NCBI GenBank assembly: GCA_963741955.1
Contig: CAVUKB010000004.1
Coordinates: 416,001-480,000 of the forward strand
Direction of reading: 5' to 3'
DNA: 64,000 bases
From: an uncultured Acidobacteriota bacterium
GTDB taxonomy: Bacteria > Acidobacteriota > Thermoanaerobaculia > Gp7-AA8
Part shown: piece by piece, positions 10,338 to 20,186 of the stretch
Layout: each line of letters begins with the position of its first letter
Numbering within the stretch: the stretch's first letter is position 1
Translations under genes and position numbers: made by a program
Notes under the pieces: model-generated
The model's input: only the letters and a program-made list of their open reading frames with translations
Told to the model about the DNA's origin: nothing
Database searches by the model: none

Positions 10338-13300
10338 ATGCGCCACTCGCGACTCACCCTCTTCACGCTCCTCCTCGCCGCCCTCTTCGTCGTACCGGCG
10401 ATCGCCCGGGCAGCGGATCCTGCGCTCTGGTTGCGCTATCCGGCGATCTCGCCCGATGGCCGGACGATCGCGTTCAGCTACGGCGGCGATCTCTGGACCG
10501 TTCCGGCGACGGGCGGCGTGGCGACGCCGCTGACCGTCGAAGACGCGTACGAATTCTCGCCCGTCTGGTCGCCGGACGGCAGCAGCATCGCCTTCGCTTC
10601 CGATCGCTACGGCGACTTCGACGTCTACGTCATTGCGGCGTCCGGAGGAAAGGCGACCCGCCTCACCTTCAACTCTGCCGACGACACTCCGACCAGCTTC
10701 ACGCCGGACGGAAAATCCGTCCTCTTCGAGTCGGCCCGGCTCGACGCGGTCACCAGCGTGCAGTTCCCCACCCGGGCCCAACCCGAGCTTTACCGCGTCG
10801 CTCTCACGGGCGGCATGCCCGAGCAGGTACTGACCACCCCGGCCGAATACGCGGTGTGGAACCGCGCTGCAACGGTGCTGGCCTACTCGGATCGGAAGGG
10901 TTACGAGATGCCGTGGCGCAAACACGACGACTCCTCGTTCGCGCGCGACGTCTGGATCTACGACCCGGCGAGCGGACGGCACACCCGCCTCACGCAGTTC
11001 GGCGCCGACGATCGCCAGCCGGTGTGGAGCCCCGACGAACAGTCGCTCGATTACCTCTCCGAGCGCAGCGGCAGCTTCAATGTCTGGCGTCTGTCGCTCG
11101 CTCATCCGGAGAAGCCGGAGCAGATCACGCACCACACGGTGCACCCCGTGCGTTTCCTCTCGATTTCCCGCCAGGGAGATCTCTGCTACACATTCGACGG
11201 CGAGATCTGGCTGGAGCCGGCCGGTGCCACCGAACCTCACAAGGTCGCCGTGCAGGTGGCGACGGAGCCGCGTGGTGACGTGGTCGAGTGGACCGACGTC
11301 GGCGACCAGCTCTCCGAGTTCGACGTTTCGCCGAGCGGGAAGGAGATCGCATTCATCGCCCGCGGCGAAGTGTTCGTCACGGCCACCGACTACAAAGTCA
11401 CCAGGCGCATCACCAATACTCCGGAGCAGGAGCGGTCGGTCAGCTTCTCGCCGGATGGCCGGAGTCTGATCTACGCCAGCGAGCGTCACGGCAGCTGGAA
11501 TCTCTACCGCAGCGATCTGACCGATCCGAACGAACCGAACTTCTTCAATGCCACGGCGATCGTCGAGCGACCGGTGCTCGAGACCGCCGACGAAACGTTC
11601 CAGCCCCTCTTCTCACCCGACGGAAAAGAGGTCGCATACCTCGAGAACCGGACCACTCTGAAGGTCCTCGATCTGGCGAGTGGCCGCAGCCACCAGGTAC
11701 TCGCCGGCGACCGCAATTACTCCTACGCCGACGGCGATCAGTGGTTCCGCTGGTCCCCGGACGGCCGGTCGCTGCTCGTGACGTTCCTCAGCGACGGACG
11801 CTGGTCCTCCGAGGTCGGGCTGGTGCCGGCGGACGGAAAGGGAGAGCTGGTCAATCTCACCCGGAGCGGCTACGAAGACGAGATTCCGCGCTTCAACAGC
11901 GACGGCACGATGATGTATTGGGCCACCGACCGACAGGGAATGCGACGCCATTCCGGCTCGGGCAGCCAGGACGACATCTACGCCATGTTCCTGACCGAGA
12001 AGGCGTGGGATCGATTCAACATGACCCCTGCCGAGTTCGAACAGCTCAAGGCGAAGGAAGAGAAAGAGAAGAACAAGGACAAGAAGGCGAGCACCGCCGG
12101 CAAAGAGAAAGGCGACAAGGCGAAAGAGAAGAGCGACGAAGGCGACGAAGCACCGACGCTCGCGAAGCCGGTGACGCTGGAGCTCACCGGTCTCGAGGAT
12201 CGCACTGCGCGTCTGACTCACGCACCGGCGAATCTCGCCGACGCGGCGCTGACGCCGGACGGCGAGACTCTCGTTTACCTCGCCCGTTTCGAGAAGGGCT
12301 TCGATCTCTGGCTGACCACGCCGCGCAAGGACGAAGTCAAGCTCGTGGCGAAGCTCGACGCGGATCGCGCCGGGAACCTCCTGCTCGGTAAGGACGGCAA
12401 GAAAGCCTACCTCCTCGCGGACGGAAAACTCACCACCGTGGAGCTCGACGGCGGTAAGGTCAAGCCGGTCGCGCTCCAGGCGAAGATCGAGCTCGACGCG
12501 GCTGCCGAGCGCAGCTACCTCTTCGAGCACATCTGGCGCCAGACCAAGGAGAAGTTCTACGTCGAGGACATGCACGGCGTCGACTGGAACTCCATGAAGT
12601 CCACGTATGCGCGCTTCCTGCCGCACATCAGCAACAATCGAGACTTCGCCGAGCTCATCTCGGAGCTCCAGGGCGAGCTCGATGCGTCTCACACCGGCGG
12701 CCGTTTCCGTCCGAAACCGGAGAACGCGGACGCCACGGCATCCCTCGGGTTTTTTCCGCAGGCTGCGTATCACGGTCCCGGAGTCCAGATCGCCGAAGTG
12801 CTGGAGGGCGGCCCGCTCATGAAGGCGGGCAGCAGAATCGCGCCCGGTGTGGTCATCGGCGCGATCGACGGCGAGAAGATCGCTCCCGGCGCCGACTGGT
12901 ATCCGCTGCTCAATCACAAGGCGGACACCATGGTGCGCCTGAGCCTTCTCGATCCGAAGAACGGCAACCGCTGGGAGGAGACGGTCAAACCGGTCTCCGA
13001 TCGGAAGGAGTCGGAGCTGCTCTATCAGCGGTGGGTCCACTCGCGGCGCGACGCGGTCGACCGCCTGTCGAAAGGACGCCTCGGCTATGCGCACATCCGC
13101 GGCATGAATGACGCGTCGTACCGCGAGATCTTCGAAGAGATCTTCGGCCGTGCGGTGAACAAAGAGGCGATCATCCTCGATACCCGCTTCAACGGCGGCG
13201 GCAACCTGGACGAGGCCTTGACCGTGTTTCTCACCGGCAGAGTGTTCGCACGCAACGTGCCGCGTGGTCGGAGCATCGGGACGGAGCCGTCACTGCGTTG

Positions 13301-13637
13301 GACCAAGCCTTCGATCGTGGTCATGAACGAGGGCAACTACTCCGACGCGCACTGCTTCCCCGAGGCGTACACGGAGCTCGGGATCGGACAGACGGTCGGG
13401 ATGCCGGTGCCGGGCACCTGCACCTCGGTATGGTGGGAGCGCCTGCAGGACCCGACGCTGGTCTTCGGAATTCCGGAGGTCGGTCTGGTCGACAATGCCG
13501 GCGACTATCTGGAACGTAAACACCTGGCCCCCGATTACCAGATCGACAACGATCCGGCGCTCGAGGCGAAAGGGCGCGACCAGCAGCTCGAGGAGGCGGT
13601 GCGAGTTCTGCTCACGAAGCTCGACGCAGCGAAGTAA
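10338..13637 (+). CDS. tricorn-like S41 family protease (PD40 propellers, PDZ, S41 domain)
   Basis: Signal peptide, repeated P.(W/F)SPDG motifs, DTRFNGGG and GNYSDAHCFP catalytic region; AGGAGG RBS. Confidence 0.92.
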   Translation: MRHSRLTLFTLLLAALFVVPAIARAADPALWLRYPAISPDGRTIAFSYGGDLWTVPATGGVATPLTVEDAYEFSPVWSPDGSSIAFASDRYGDFDVYVIAASGGKATRLTFNSADDTPTSFTPDGKSVLFESARLDAVTSVQFPTRAQPELYRVALTGGMPEQVLTTPAEYAVWNRAATVLAYSDRKGYEMPWRKHDDSSFARDVWIYDPASGRHTRLTQFGADDRQPVWSPDEQSLDYLSERSGSFNVWRLSLAHPEKPEQITHHTVHPVRFLSISRQGDLCYTFDGEIWLEPAGATEPHKVAVQVATEPRGDVVEWTDVGDQLSEFDVSPSGKEIAFIARGEVFVTATDYKVTRRITNTPEQERSVSFSPDGRSLIYASERHGSWNLYRSDLTDPNEPNFFNATAIVERPVLETADETFQPLFSPDGKEVAYLENRTTLKVLDLASGRSHQVLAGDRNYSYADGDQWFRWSPDGRSLLVTFLSDGRWSSEVGLVPADGKGELVNLTRSGYEDEIPRFNSDGTMMYWATDRQGMRRHSGSGSQDDIYAMFLTEKAWDRFNMTPAEFEQLKAKEEKEKNKDKKASTAGKEKGDKAKEKSDEGDEAPTLAKPVTLELTGLEDRTARLTHAPANLADAALTPDGETLVYLARFEKGFDLWLTTPRKDEVKLVAKLDADRAGNLLLGKDGKKAYLLADGKLTTVELDGGKVKPVALQAKIELDAAAERSYLFEHIWRQTKEKFYVEDMHGVDWNSMKSTYARFLPHISNNRDFAELISELQGELDASHTGGRFRPKPENADATASLGFFPQAAYHGPGVQIAEVLEGGPLMKAGSRIAPGVVIGAIDGEKIAPGADWYPLLNHKADTMVRLSLLDPKNGNRWEETVKPVSDRKESELLYQRWVHSRRDAVDRLSKGRLGYAHIRGMNDASYREIFEEIFGRAVNKEAIILDTRFNGGGNLDEALTVFLTGRVFARNVPRGRSIGTEPSLRWTKPSIVVMNEGNYSDAHCFPEAYTELGIGQTVGMPVPGTCTSVWWERLQDPTLVFGIPEVGLVDNAGDYLERKHLAPDYQIDNDPALEAKGRDQQLEEAVRVLLTKLDAAK

Positions 13638-13669
13638 CTGGAATCCGGTATCCAAGGCGGGGCGGCCCG

Positions 13670-15404
13670 GTGGGTTGGACGTCCCGTCCGATGCAGGGCG
13701 GCGTCCCGCGCCGCCCTGTCCGGGTGCGAGATACGAAGATCGTCCCGCGAGAGAAGAGACGAACGGACGGCAGCGCGAGAGGAGCGTTTCGCGTTTGGTT
13801 GACGCCATCGCTCCCCGGCAGGATGCCGGGGAGCCTCGCGCGAGACGCGCGACCCACTTTCGCGCAATCCACAGGGCGCGACCCACATGTGGGTTGGACG
13901 TCCCGTCCGATGCAGGGTGGCGTCCCGCGCCGCCCTGCCCGGTGCGAAACGCGAAGATCGTCCCGCGAGAGAAGAGACGGACGGACCGCGGGCGAGAGGA
14001 GCGATGTGCCTGTTCGTTGAGGCGATCGCTCCCCGGCAGGATGCCGGGGAGCCTCGCGCGAGACGCGCGACCCACAGAGTGGGTTGGACGTCCCGTCCGA
14101 TGCAGGGTGGCGTCCCGCGCCGCCCTGTCCGGGTGCGAAACGCGAAGATCGTCCCGCGAGAGAAGAGACGAACGGACGGCAGCGCGAGAGGAGCGATTCG
14201 CGTGGCGTTGACGTCATCGCTCCCCGGCAGGATGCCGGGGAGCCTCGCGCGAGACGCGCGACCCACTTTCGCGCAATCCACAGGGCGCGACCCACATGTG
14301 GGTTGGACGTCCCGTCCGATGCAGGGTGGCGTCCCGCGCCGCCCTGCCTGGTGCGAGATGCGAAGATCGTCCCGCGAGAGAAGAGACGAACGGACCGCGG
14401 CGCGAGAAGAGCGATGTGCGTGTTTGTTGAGGCCATCGCTCCCCGGCAGGATGCCGGGGAGCCTCGCGCGAGACGCGCGACCCACTTTCGCGCAATCCAC
14501 AGGGCGCGGCCCACAGAGTGGGTTGGACGTCCCGTCCGATGCAGGGTGGCGTCCCGCGCCGCCCTGTCCGGTGCGAGATGCGAAGATCGTCCCGCGAGAG
14601 AAGAGACGAACGGACCGCAGCGCGAGAGGAGCGTTTCGCGTTTGGTTGAGGCCATCGCTCCCCGGCAGGATGCCGGGGAGCCTCGCGCGAGACGCGCGAC
14701 CCACTTTCGCGCAATCCACAGGGCGCGGCCCACAGAGTGGGTTGGACGTCCCGTCCGATGCAGGGTGGCGTCCCGCGCCGCCCTGTCCGGTGCGAGATGC
14801 GAAGATCGTCCCGCGAGAGAAGAGACGAACGGACCGCAGCGCGAGAGGAGCGTTTCGCGTTTGGTTGAGGCCATCGCTCCCCGGCAGGATGCCGGGGAGC
14901 CTCGCGCGAGACGCGCGACCCACTTTCGCGCAATCCACAGGGCGCGACCCACAGAGTGGGTTGGACGTCCCGTCCGATGCCGGGTGGCGTCCCGCGCCGC
15001 CCTGCCCGGTGCGAGGTACGAAGATCGTCCCGCGAGAGAAGAGACGAACGGACGGCAGCGCGAGAGGAGCGATGTGCGTGTTTGTTGAGGCCATCGCTCC
15101 CCGGCAGGATGACGGGGAGCCTCGCGCGAGACGCGCGACCCACAGACGCGCGACCCACTTTCGCGCAATCCACAGGGCGCGACCCACATGTGGGTTGGAC
15201 GTCCCGTCCGATGCAGGGTGGCGTCCCGCGCCGCCCTGCCCGGTGCGAAACGCGAAGATCGTCCCGAGAGAGAAGAGACGAACGGACCGCAGCGCGAGAG
15301 GAGCGATGTGCGTGTTTGTTGAGGCCATCGCTCCCCGGCAGGATGCCGGGGAGCCTCGCGCGAGACGCGCGACCCACAGACGCGCGACCCACAGACGCGC
15401 GACC
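13670..15404. repeat. tandem array of 8 ~219-bp multi-hairpin REP/REPIN (BIME-like) units
   Basis: GTGGGTTGGACGTCCCGTCCG starts at 13670, 13889, 14079, 14298, 14518, 14737, 14956 and 15190. Each unit has four palindromes. The array lies between convergent genes. Confidence 0.93.
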
Positions 15405-15418
15405 GCACGAAAAGCCCC

Positions 15419-18400
15419 CTACTGCGCCGGCACGTACGTCGGATCCTGAGTCTGCATGTCGATCACGGAACCGTACGCAGTGATCTTCCCGCTGCCCGAT
15501 ACCACTCTCACGGAGATGCGCGCGTTGTAAGCGGTCGTCATTCCCATCGATTTGAGGACCTGCCCGAGCTGCGTGAATCCGTTCGCCGGCAGGTCGACCG
15601 TCATCTTCGCGGTCGTCAACGCGCCGGGGACGGTCGCCGAGATCTCGACCGTGACCGGGTTGCCGGTGACTTCAGTGATCCCGAGGTTCGTGCGGAAACG
15701 GTCCGACTGCTCGACCTGGAGGATCTGCAAAGGACGATCCCCCGCGGCGATCGCGTCATCCGGCATCACCGCCGGGATGAACTGGCCGTAGGTCCCGTTG
15801 GAAGTCTGGTTGTAGGTCCGCGCGGTGACCACCAGGCTGCTCGGTTCCGCGGTGGTGATCTGAACCGCACCGCCGGCACCGGGAGACTCGAAGAGCGACT
15901 GAACGACATTGTTCAGTGCCTTCTCCTTCCCCGCGTCGAGGATGACTTCCTTCGACACGGGAGCTCCTCCTCCGGTCGGATAGAGGGTCATGTCTGCAGT
16001 GACGCCGGACGCGCCACCATTGAAGATCCTCATGTCGGTCTGCCAGTTCGCGATCCCGTTCTTCAGATCCGCGACTCCCGGCACGACGTACTTCGTCTCG
16101 TGGATCGCGCCCGGGATCGCAGGTGCGATCAGGATCGGGTCACCGGTCTTCATGTCGATGGTCGATGCGTATGCGGTGACTTTTCCGGTGTCGGAGAGAA
16201 CCGAGACCTCGATCCGGCCGTCGTCGAGGGAGATCCCCTTCGTTGCGAGAACCTGATCGAGCTGGCGCTGCTCTCCCGGCTGGAGGTCTTCGGTGAACTC
16301 GGTCAGTGTCGTTCCCGAGGGGTCGAAGACCTTCACCAGCACAGTTGCCGGCTCGCCGGCCCCTTCGACCAACCCGAGGTTCGTGCGGTATGCGGATGAC
16401 TGAGCGATCTGCTGAAGGCTGATGGTGGTGCCCTTCGAGACCATGTCGGTGAAGCGCACTCCGGGGATGAACTGCCCGAACGTGCCGGCGGAGGTGTCGT
16501 TGTAGGTGCGGCTGGACGCGAGGGTGGTGAACCCGAGCGAGCTCGAGACGGATGCGGTACCTCCGGAGCTCGCAGAGACGGGGCGGACCTCGAGCACTCC
16601 GGTGGAGCTCTCGCCGGCGCTTCCCTTTCCGAACCAGTTGGCGAGAACGTCGTCGAGCGCGCCGGTTTGTCCCGGTGCGATGTCGAGCGTCGCGGAATAC
16701 CCGCTCGTGGTCCCATCCTGGCCGGAGGGAGTGAAGTAGAGCTGGTAGTGCATGGTATCGGTCGAAAGATTGCTCACCCGTACATCCGAGACCCACTTCG
16801 AGCTCACCCCGTCCGCATGCGCGACGGCCGGAATGATGATCGATTCCGCGGTCGGCGCGGTCTTCCCCGACGGCGTCGCGGGAGTGACGAGACTGAGAGA
16901 GATGGGAATGGTGGTGGTGCCGCCATCCATCGCCGAGATCGCGCCCGACTTCGCGGACGCGGTGGTGATGTTGACGGTCGAGGTGTTCGCTCCGGGGTCG
17001 AGCCGGCGCGGGTCCATCGAGATGGTGAGGGTCGCACCTTCAGGAGGGATGGTTCCGCTGGAGGGAGAGATGCTCAGCCACGGGTCGTCGCTGGTTGCGG
17101 TGAACGTTGCGGAGTCGGCGTTCTTCCCGGAGGAGCCGGAGCCGGGGAGGAAGATCTTCTGGGTGATCTTCTCCTGTTCGCCGAAGAGCGCGATGAACTT
17201 CTGATCCTTGCTGGTCGCATCCGGGGGCGGCGCGACCACCACCCGCACTGCGGCGGAGAACGCTCCGCGCTCGCCGCTGCAGTCGGCGATCGCACGGACG
17301 CGGTAGTACCAGGAGGTGGGACTCGTCGCGTCGTGCTGATACGAGGTCTGGAGGCCGGAGACGGTCCGGCTCGACGGATCGCTGAACGCCTCGTCGGATG
17401 ATTCCTGAATCTCGTAAGTCGTACTTCCGGGGAGAGGTGTCCACTGCACCGGATATCCGTCGCCGGAGAGGACGTGTCCCATGCTTCGAGCCCGGGGTTG
17501 GGACGGAGTGTCACAAGGAGCGGTGGGCAGCGCGGTGAATTGTGAGACGGGAGTGATCACGGATGCGCATCCGTCGATCATCGCCTCGACCGCCCAGAAG
17601 ATCCGGCCGGGCGGTACTTCGGTGACCAGCTGCGGGTCTGTGGTGGTGCCGAGGAGTGCGGGAAGGGCGCCGTTGACGGACGCATAGACGTTGTAAGCGC
17701 TGGCGCCGTCGACGGGAGTCCAGAGGAAGTCGGCGACGGGGCCGGTCTCCGCTCCGTCGGGCGGCGAGACCTGCATCGGCTGCGGGCGGATGCAGGCGGG
17801 ATCGATGGTCACCGTGCAGGTGCGAGAGTCGGATGTCACCGGTTTGCATCCAGGGAAGAGCGCGAAGGTGCGCCACCGGTACGATCCGGGCGGAAGGCGG
17901 CGGTCGGCAGCGGTCTGGGTGGTGATTCCGATCGGTGTCCACACGCCGTCGCCGCGCTGCGCCATCAACTCGTACGCGACTGCGCCGGAGACCGGATTCC
18001 AGGCGAAGCTCATCGTCGGATCGCTGGAGGTCCAGCCGTCGGGAGGCGAGGTGAGCTCCGGAGCCGGGTTCGCACAGTCGGACGATTCCGCGACCGTGAC
18101 TGCGACGGGTTGCGAGTGCGTGGCTGGACAGTCGCGGAAGAGCGCCTGAACGAACCACGTCAGTTTGCCCGGCTCGACGAGGACGGAAAGCGAGGTGTCC
18201 GGAGTCTGGCCTGCGACGCGCGGGACTCCGTTGGTGTAGACGATCCAGAGACGGTACGCGACGGCTCTGTTGACGGCACTCCAGGTGAATGTCGCGGGAG
18301 AATGGACCGTCGAACCAGCCGCAGGAGAGATCGGGAGAGGAGAAGCGTTGTCGCAGTGATCGACAGCGGCGAGGGTGAAACCCCGTTTCGCCGTTGTGAT

Positions 18401-19621
18401 CGGAGGACATCCGTTGAAGAACGCCTGGACGAACCAGCCGATGGTCCGGGCATCGAGCGGAACTTCGACGGCGGTTGCGCTGGTGGTTCGGATGTCCTCG
18501 AAGGGTCGCCCGTCGATGGAGACCCACAGCTTATAGGCGAACGCGCCGGGTGCGGCATTCCAGGAGAGCGTCACCGGAGAAGAGAGGCCGGTCGCACCTG
18601 CAGCGGGCGCGACGAGATCCGGTGCGCTGTTTCCGTTGCACGACGCCGACTCCGTCACCGTGAAGCTCGCGTGTGCGGAGACGACCGCGGGACAGCTCCT
18701 GAAGACCGCTTCGACCCACCAGGCGATGGTCCCGCTCGGGACGGGTGAGCTCAGCGTCGTCTCGCCGGACGTCTTGCCGAGAAGAGCCGGTGCGTTGCCG
18801 TTGACGGAAGCCCAGACGCGGTAGCCGATGGCATCCGGAACCGCGGACCATTGGAACGTCACCGGAGGCTGTACGTCCGATGTGCCGTCGGCCGGTGCGA
18901 GGAGCGTCGCAGCCGCGTGATCGCAATTCGGCGCCTCCGTCGTGAAATGCCCGAGCGTCGATCGTGTCGAAGGGCAGTCGGGGAACACTGCATCGACCCA
19001 CCAGACGATGTTTCCGACCGGGATGGTCGCGGTGAGGGAAGTCTCCGTCGTCTCGCCGGCCTTCTGGGGCAGTCCGGCGTCGACGGAAAACATCACCACG
19101 TACTTCGAGGCTCCGGAGACGGCGCGCCAGGAGAACGTGACGTCCGGATCGACGGTGGAGCCGGTCGCGGGTGAGGCGAGTGAAGGACCGTCGCTCGGAC
19201 AGTTGCTGGTGGTTTGCACCGTGAAGCGGGAGCAGAGACTGGAGCAGAATCCGGTGAAGGACGAGGCGGAGACCACGCGCCAGATGTACGTGTGTCCGGC
19301 TCTGATTGCGTTCGGATCGGGATTGAATGTGGTCTGAGTCCCGGGAACGGTGGCGACGGGCTGAATCGAGCCGCAGCTGCTCAGCGACGCATCGCCGAGA
19401 TAGATGTCGTAGTGATCGATTGCGCCTGGAGCCGGCGACCACTCGAGCTGGATCGTGCCGGAGACAGACGCTCCGTCGGCCGGGGACGTGGGTTGCGGAG
19501 GAGTGCATTGTCCGCTGGCGCTCCGGGCGATCCCGGAGAGGGAGAGAACCAGGACGCACGAAGCGATTCGGAGCAGTTTCCTGCTCGACGAAGAGACACG
19601 GGGCGTCGAAGACAAAGCCAT
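15419..19621 (-). CDS. large secreted/surface protein: 8 Cys-paired Fn3-like repeats, BACON-like domain, duplicated C-terminal module
   Basis: Signal peptide and GGAGGAG RBS. ~95-aa repeats C..P.L.SP.DG..V.F.W..V.GA..Y...W.V.A.F..C; SDDPWLSISPSSG; two copies of RTYN..GT(F/Y)GQFIP..RTNLG..AY.S.ID..T.DP. Confidence 0.85.
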   Translation of the reverse strand: MALSSTPRVSSSSRKLLRIASCVLVLSLSGIARSASGQCTPPQPTSPADGASVSGTIQLEWSPAPGAIDHYDIYLGDASLSSCGSIQPVATVPGTQTTFNPDPNAIRAGHTYIWRVVSASSFTGFCSSLCSRFTVQTTSNCPSDGPSLASPATGSTVDPDVTFSWRAVSGASKYVVMFSVDAGLPQKAGETTETSLTATIPVGNIVWWVDAVFPDCPSTRSTLGHFTTEAPNCDHAAATLLAPADGTSDVQPPVTFQWSAVPDAIGYRVWASVNGNAPALLGKTSGETTLSSPVPSGTIAWWVEAVFRSCPAVVSAHASFTVTESASCNGNSAPDLVAPAAGATGLSSPVTLSWNAAPGAFAYKLWVSIDGRPFEDIRTTSATAVEVPLDARTIGWFVQAFFNGCPPITTAKRGFTLAAVDHCDNASPLPISPAAGSTVHSPATFTWSAVNRAVAYRLWIVYTNGVPRVAGQTPDTSLSVLVEPGKLTWFVQALFRDCPATHSQPVAVTVAESSDCANPAPELTSPPDGWTSSDPTMSFAWNPVSGAVAYELMAQRGDGVWTPIGITTQTAADRRLPPGSYRWRTFALFPGCKPVTSDSRTCTVTIDPACIRPQPMQVSPPDGAETGPVADFLWTPVDGASAYNVYASVNGALPALLGTTTDPQLVTEVPPGRIFWAVEAMIDGCASVITPVSQFTALPTAPCDTPSQPRARSMGHVLSGDGYPVQWTPLPGSTTYEIQESSDEAFSDPSSRTVSGLQTSYQHDATSPTSWYYRVRAIADCSGERGAFSAAVRVVVAPPPDATSKDQKFIALFGEQEKITQKIFLPGSGSSGKNADSATFTATSDDPWLSISPSSGTIPPEGATLTISMDPRRLDPGANTSTVNITTASAKSGAISAMDGGTTTIPISLSLVTPATPSGKTAPTAESIIIPAVAHADGVSSKWVSDVRVSNLSTDTMHYQLYFTPSGQDGTTSGYSATLDIAPGQTGALDDVLANWFGKGSAGESSTGVLEVRPVSASSGGTASVSSSLGFTTLASSRTYNDTSAGTFGQFIPGVRFTDMVSKGTTISLQQIAQSSAYRTNLGLVEGAGEPATVLVKVFDPSGTTLTEFTEDLQPGEQRQLDQVLATKGISLDDGRIEVSVLSDTGKVTAYASTIDMKTGDPILIAPAIPGAIHETKYVVPGVADLKNGIANWQTDMRIFNGGASGVTADMTLYPTGGGAPVSKEVILDAGKEKALNNVVQSLFESPGAGGAVQITTAEPSSLVVTARTYNQTSNGTYGQFIPAVMPDDAIAAGDRPLQILQVEQSDRFRTNLGITEVTGNPVTVEISATVPGALTTAKMTVDLPANGFTQLGQVLKSMGMTTAYNARISVRVVSGSGKITAYGSVIDMQTQDPTYVPAQ

Positions 19622-19861
19622 CGCTCCTCCAGGCCTCGCGAGGGAGGCAGACCAATCTCCGGTTCACGCCTCACGGCGCGATATCTCTTGGACGGAGATG
19701 GACCGAGTTTGCTTACCTGCCGGACCATTGTAGCGCCGGAGGGGCGACGGCCGCATCGCGTCGCCCGGTCGTTTCGCTGCCCCGAGGATTCGGCAGCATC
19801 CGGCGGCGTCCGGCCGAAAGGCAGCTCACGCTTCCCGAGAAGGGTCCGGCCGGGTGAAGAA

Positions 19862-20040
19862 GGGGTCAGGCCGTTTTTCCTCTGTCCGGTCGCGGGCGGG
19901 ATCGAAGCGCGGGGTCGGAGGGAGCGGGGTCAGGCCCGCTTTCGGCTCTCTTGTCCGGTCGAGCGGGGGGAGCGGGGTCGAGCGGGGGGAGCGGGGTCAG
20001 GCCCGTTTTCGTCTCCGGGGAGGGGCGGGGTCAGGCCCGT
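19862..20040. repeat. G-rich short repeats GGGGTCAGGCC(C)G, 4 copies
   Basis: Copies start at 19862, 19926, 19993 and 20027, with intervening GAGCGGGG runs. Confidence 0.75.
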
Positions 20041-20076
20041 TCTCCGCTCCGGCCCGGCGCCGGCGTCTCGGCATTC

Positions 20077-20169
20077 TGTCACGAACTGGGAAATAGTGAG
20101 GATATGTGACCTTTATTGTCTACCAGTGTCCATGAATGTCTTTACACGGCAGGCGGCTCCGCGTACGAT
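20077..20169 (+). promoter_or_regulatory. 10-bp-phased TG(TC) direct-repeat array followed by a sigma70 promoter
   Basis: TGTC/TGGG/TGAG/TGAC/TGTC/TGTC/TGTC at 20077, 20087, 20097, 20107, 20117, 20127 and 20137. Then TTTACA (20141-20146), 17 bp, TACGAT (20164-20169). Confidence 0.65.
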
Positions 20170-20186
20170 CTCGTGACGGTCACGCG

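Noticed and set aside
13670-15404. Array as CRISPR
   Set aside because: Units are ~219 bp and homologous throughout, with no unique spacers and no cas genes.
13495-15483. Several 175-598 aa ORFs on both strands across the tandem array
   Set aside because: Arg/Ala/Pro-rich translations shift frame between units and overlap in nearly all frames. They are a by-product of a stop-poor GC-rich DNA repeat.
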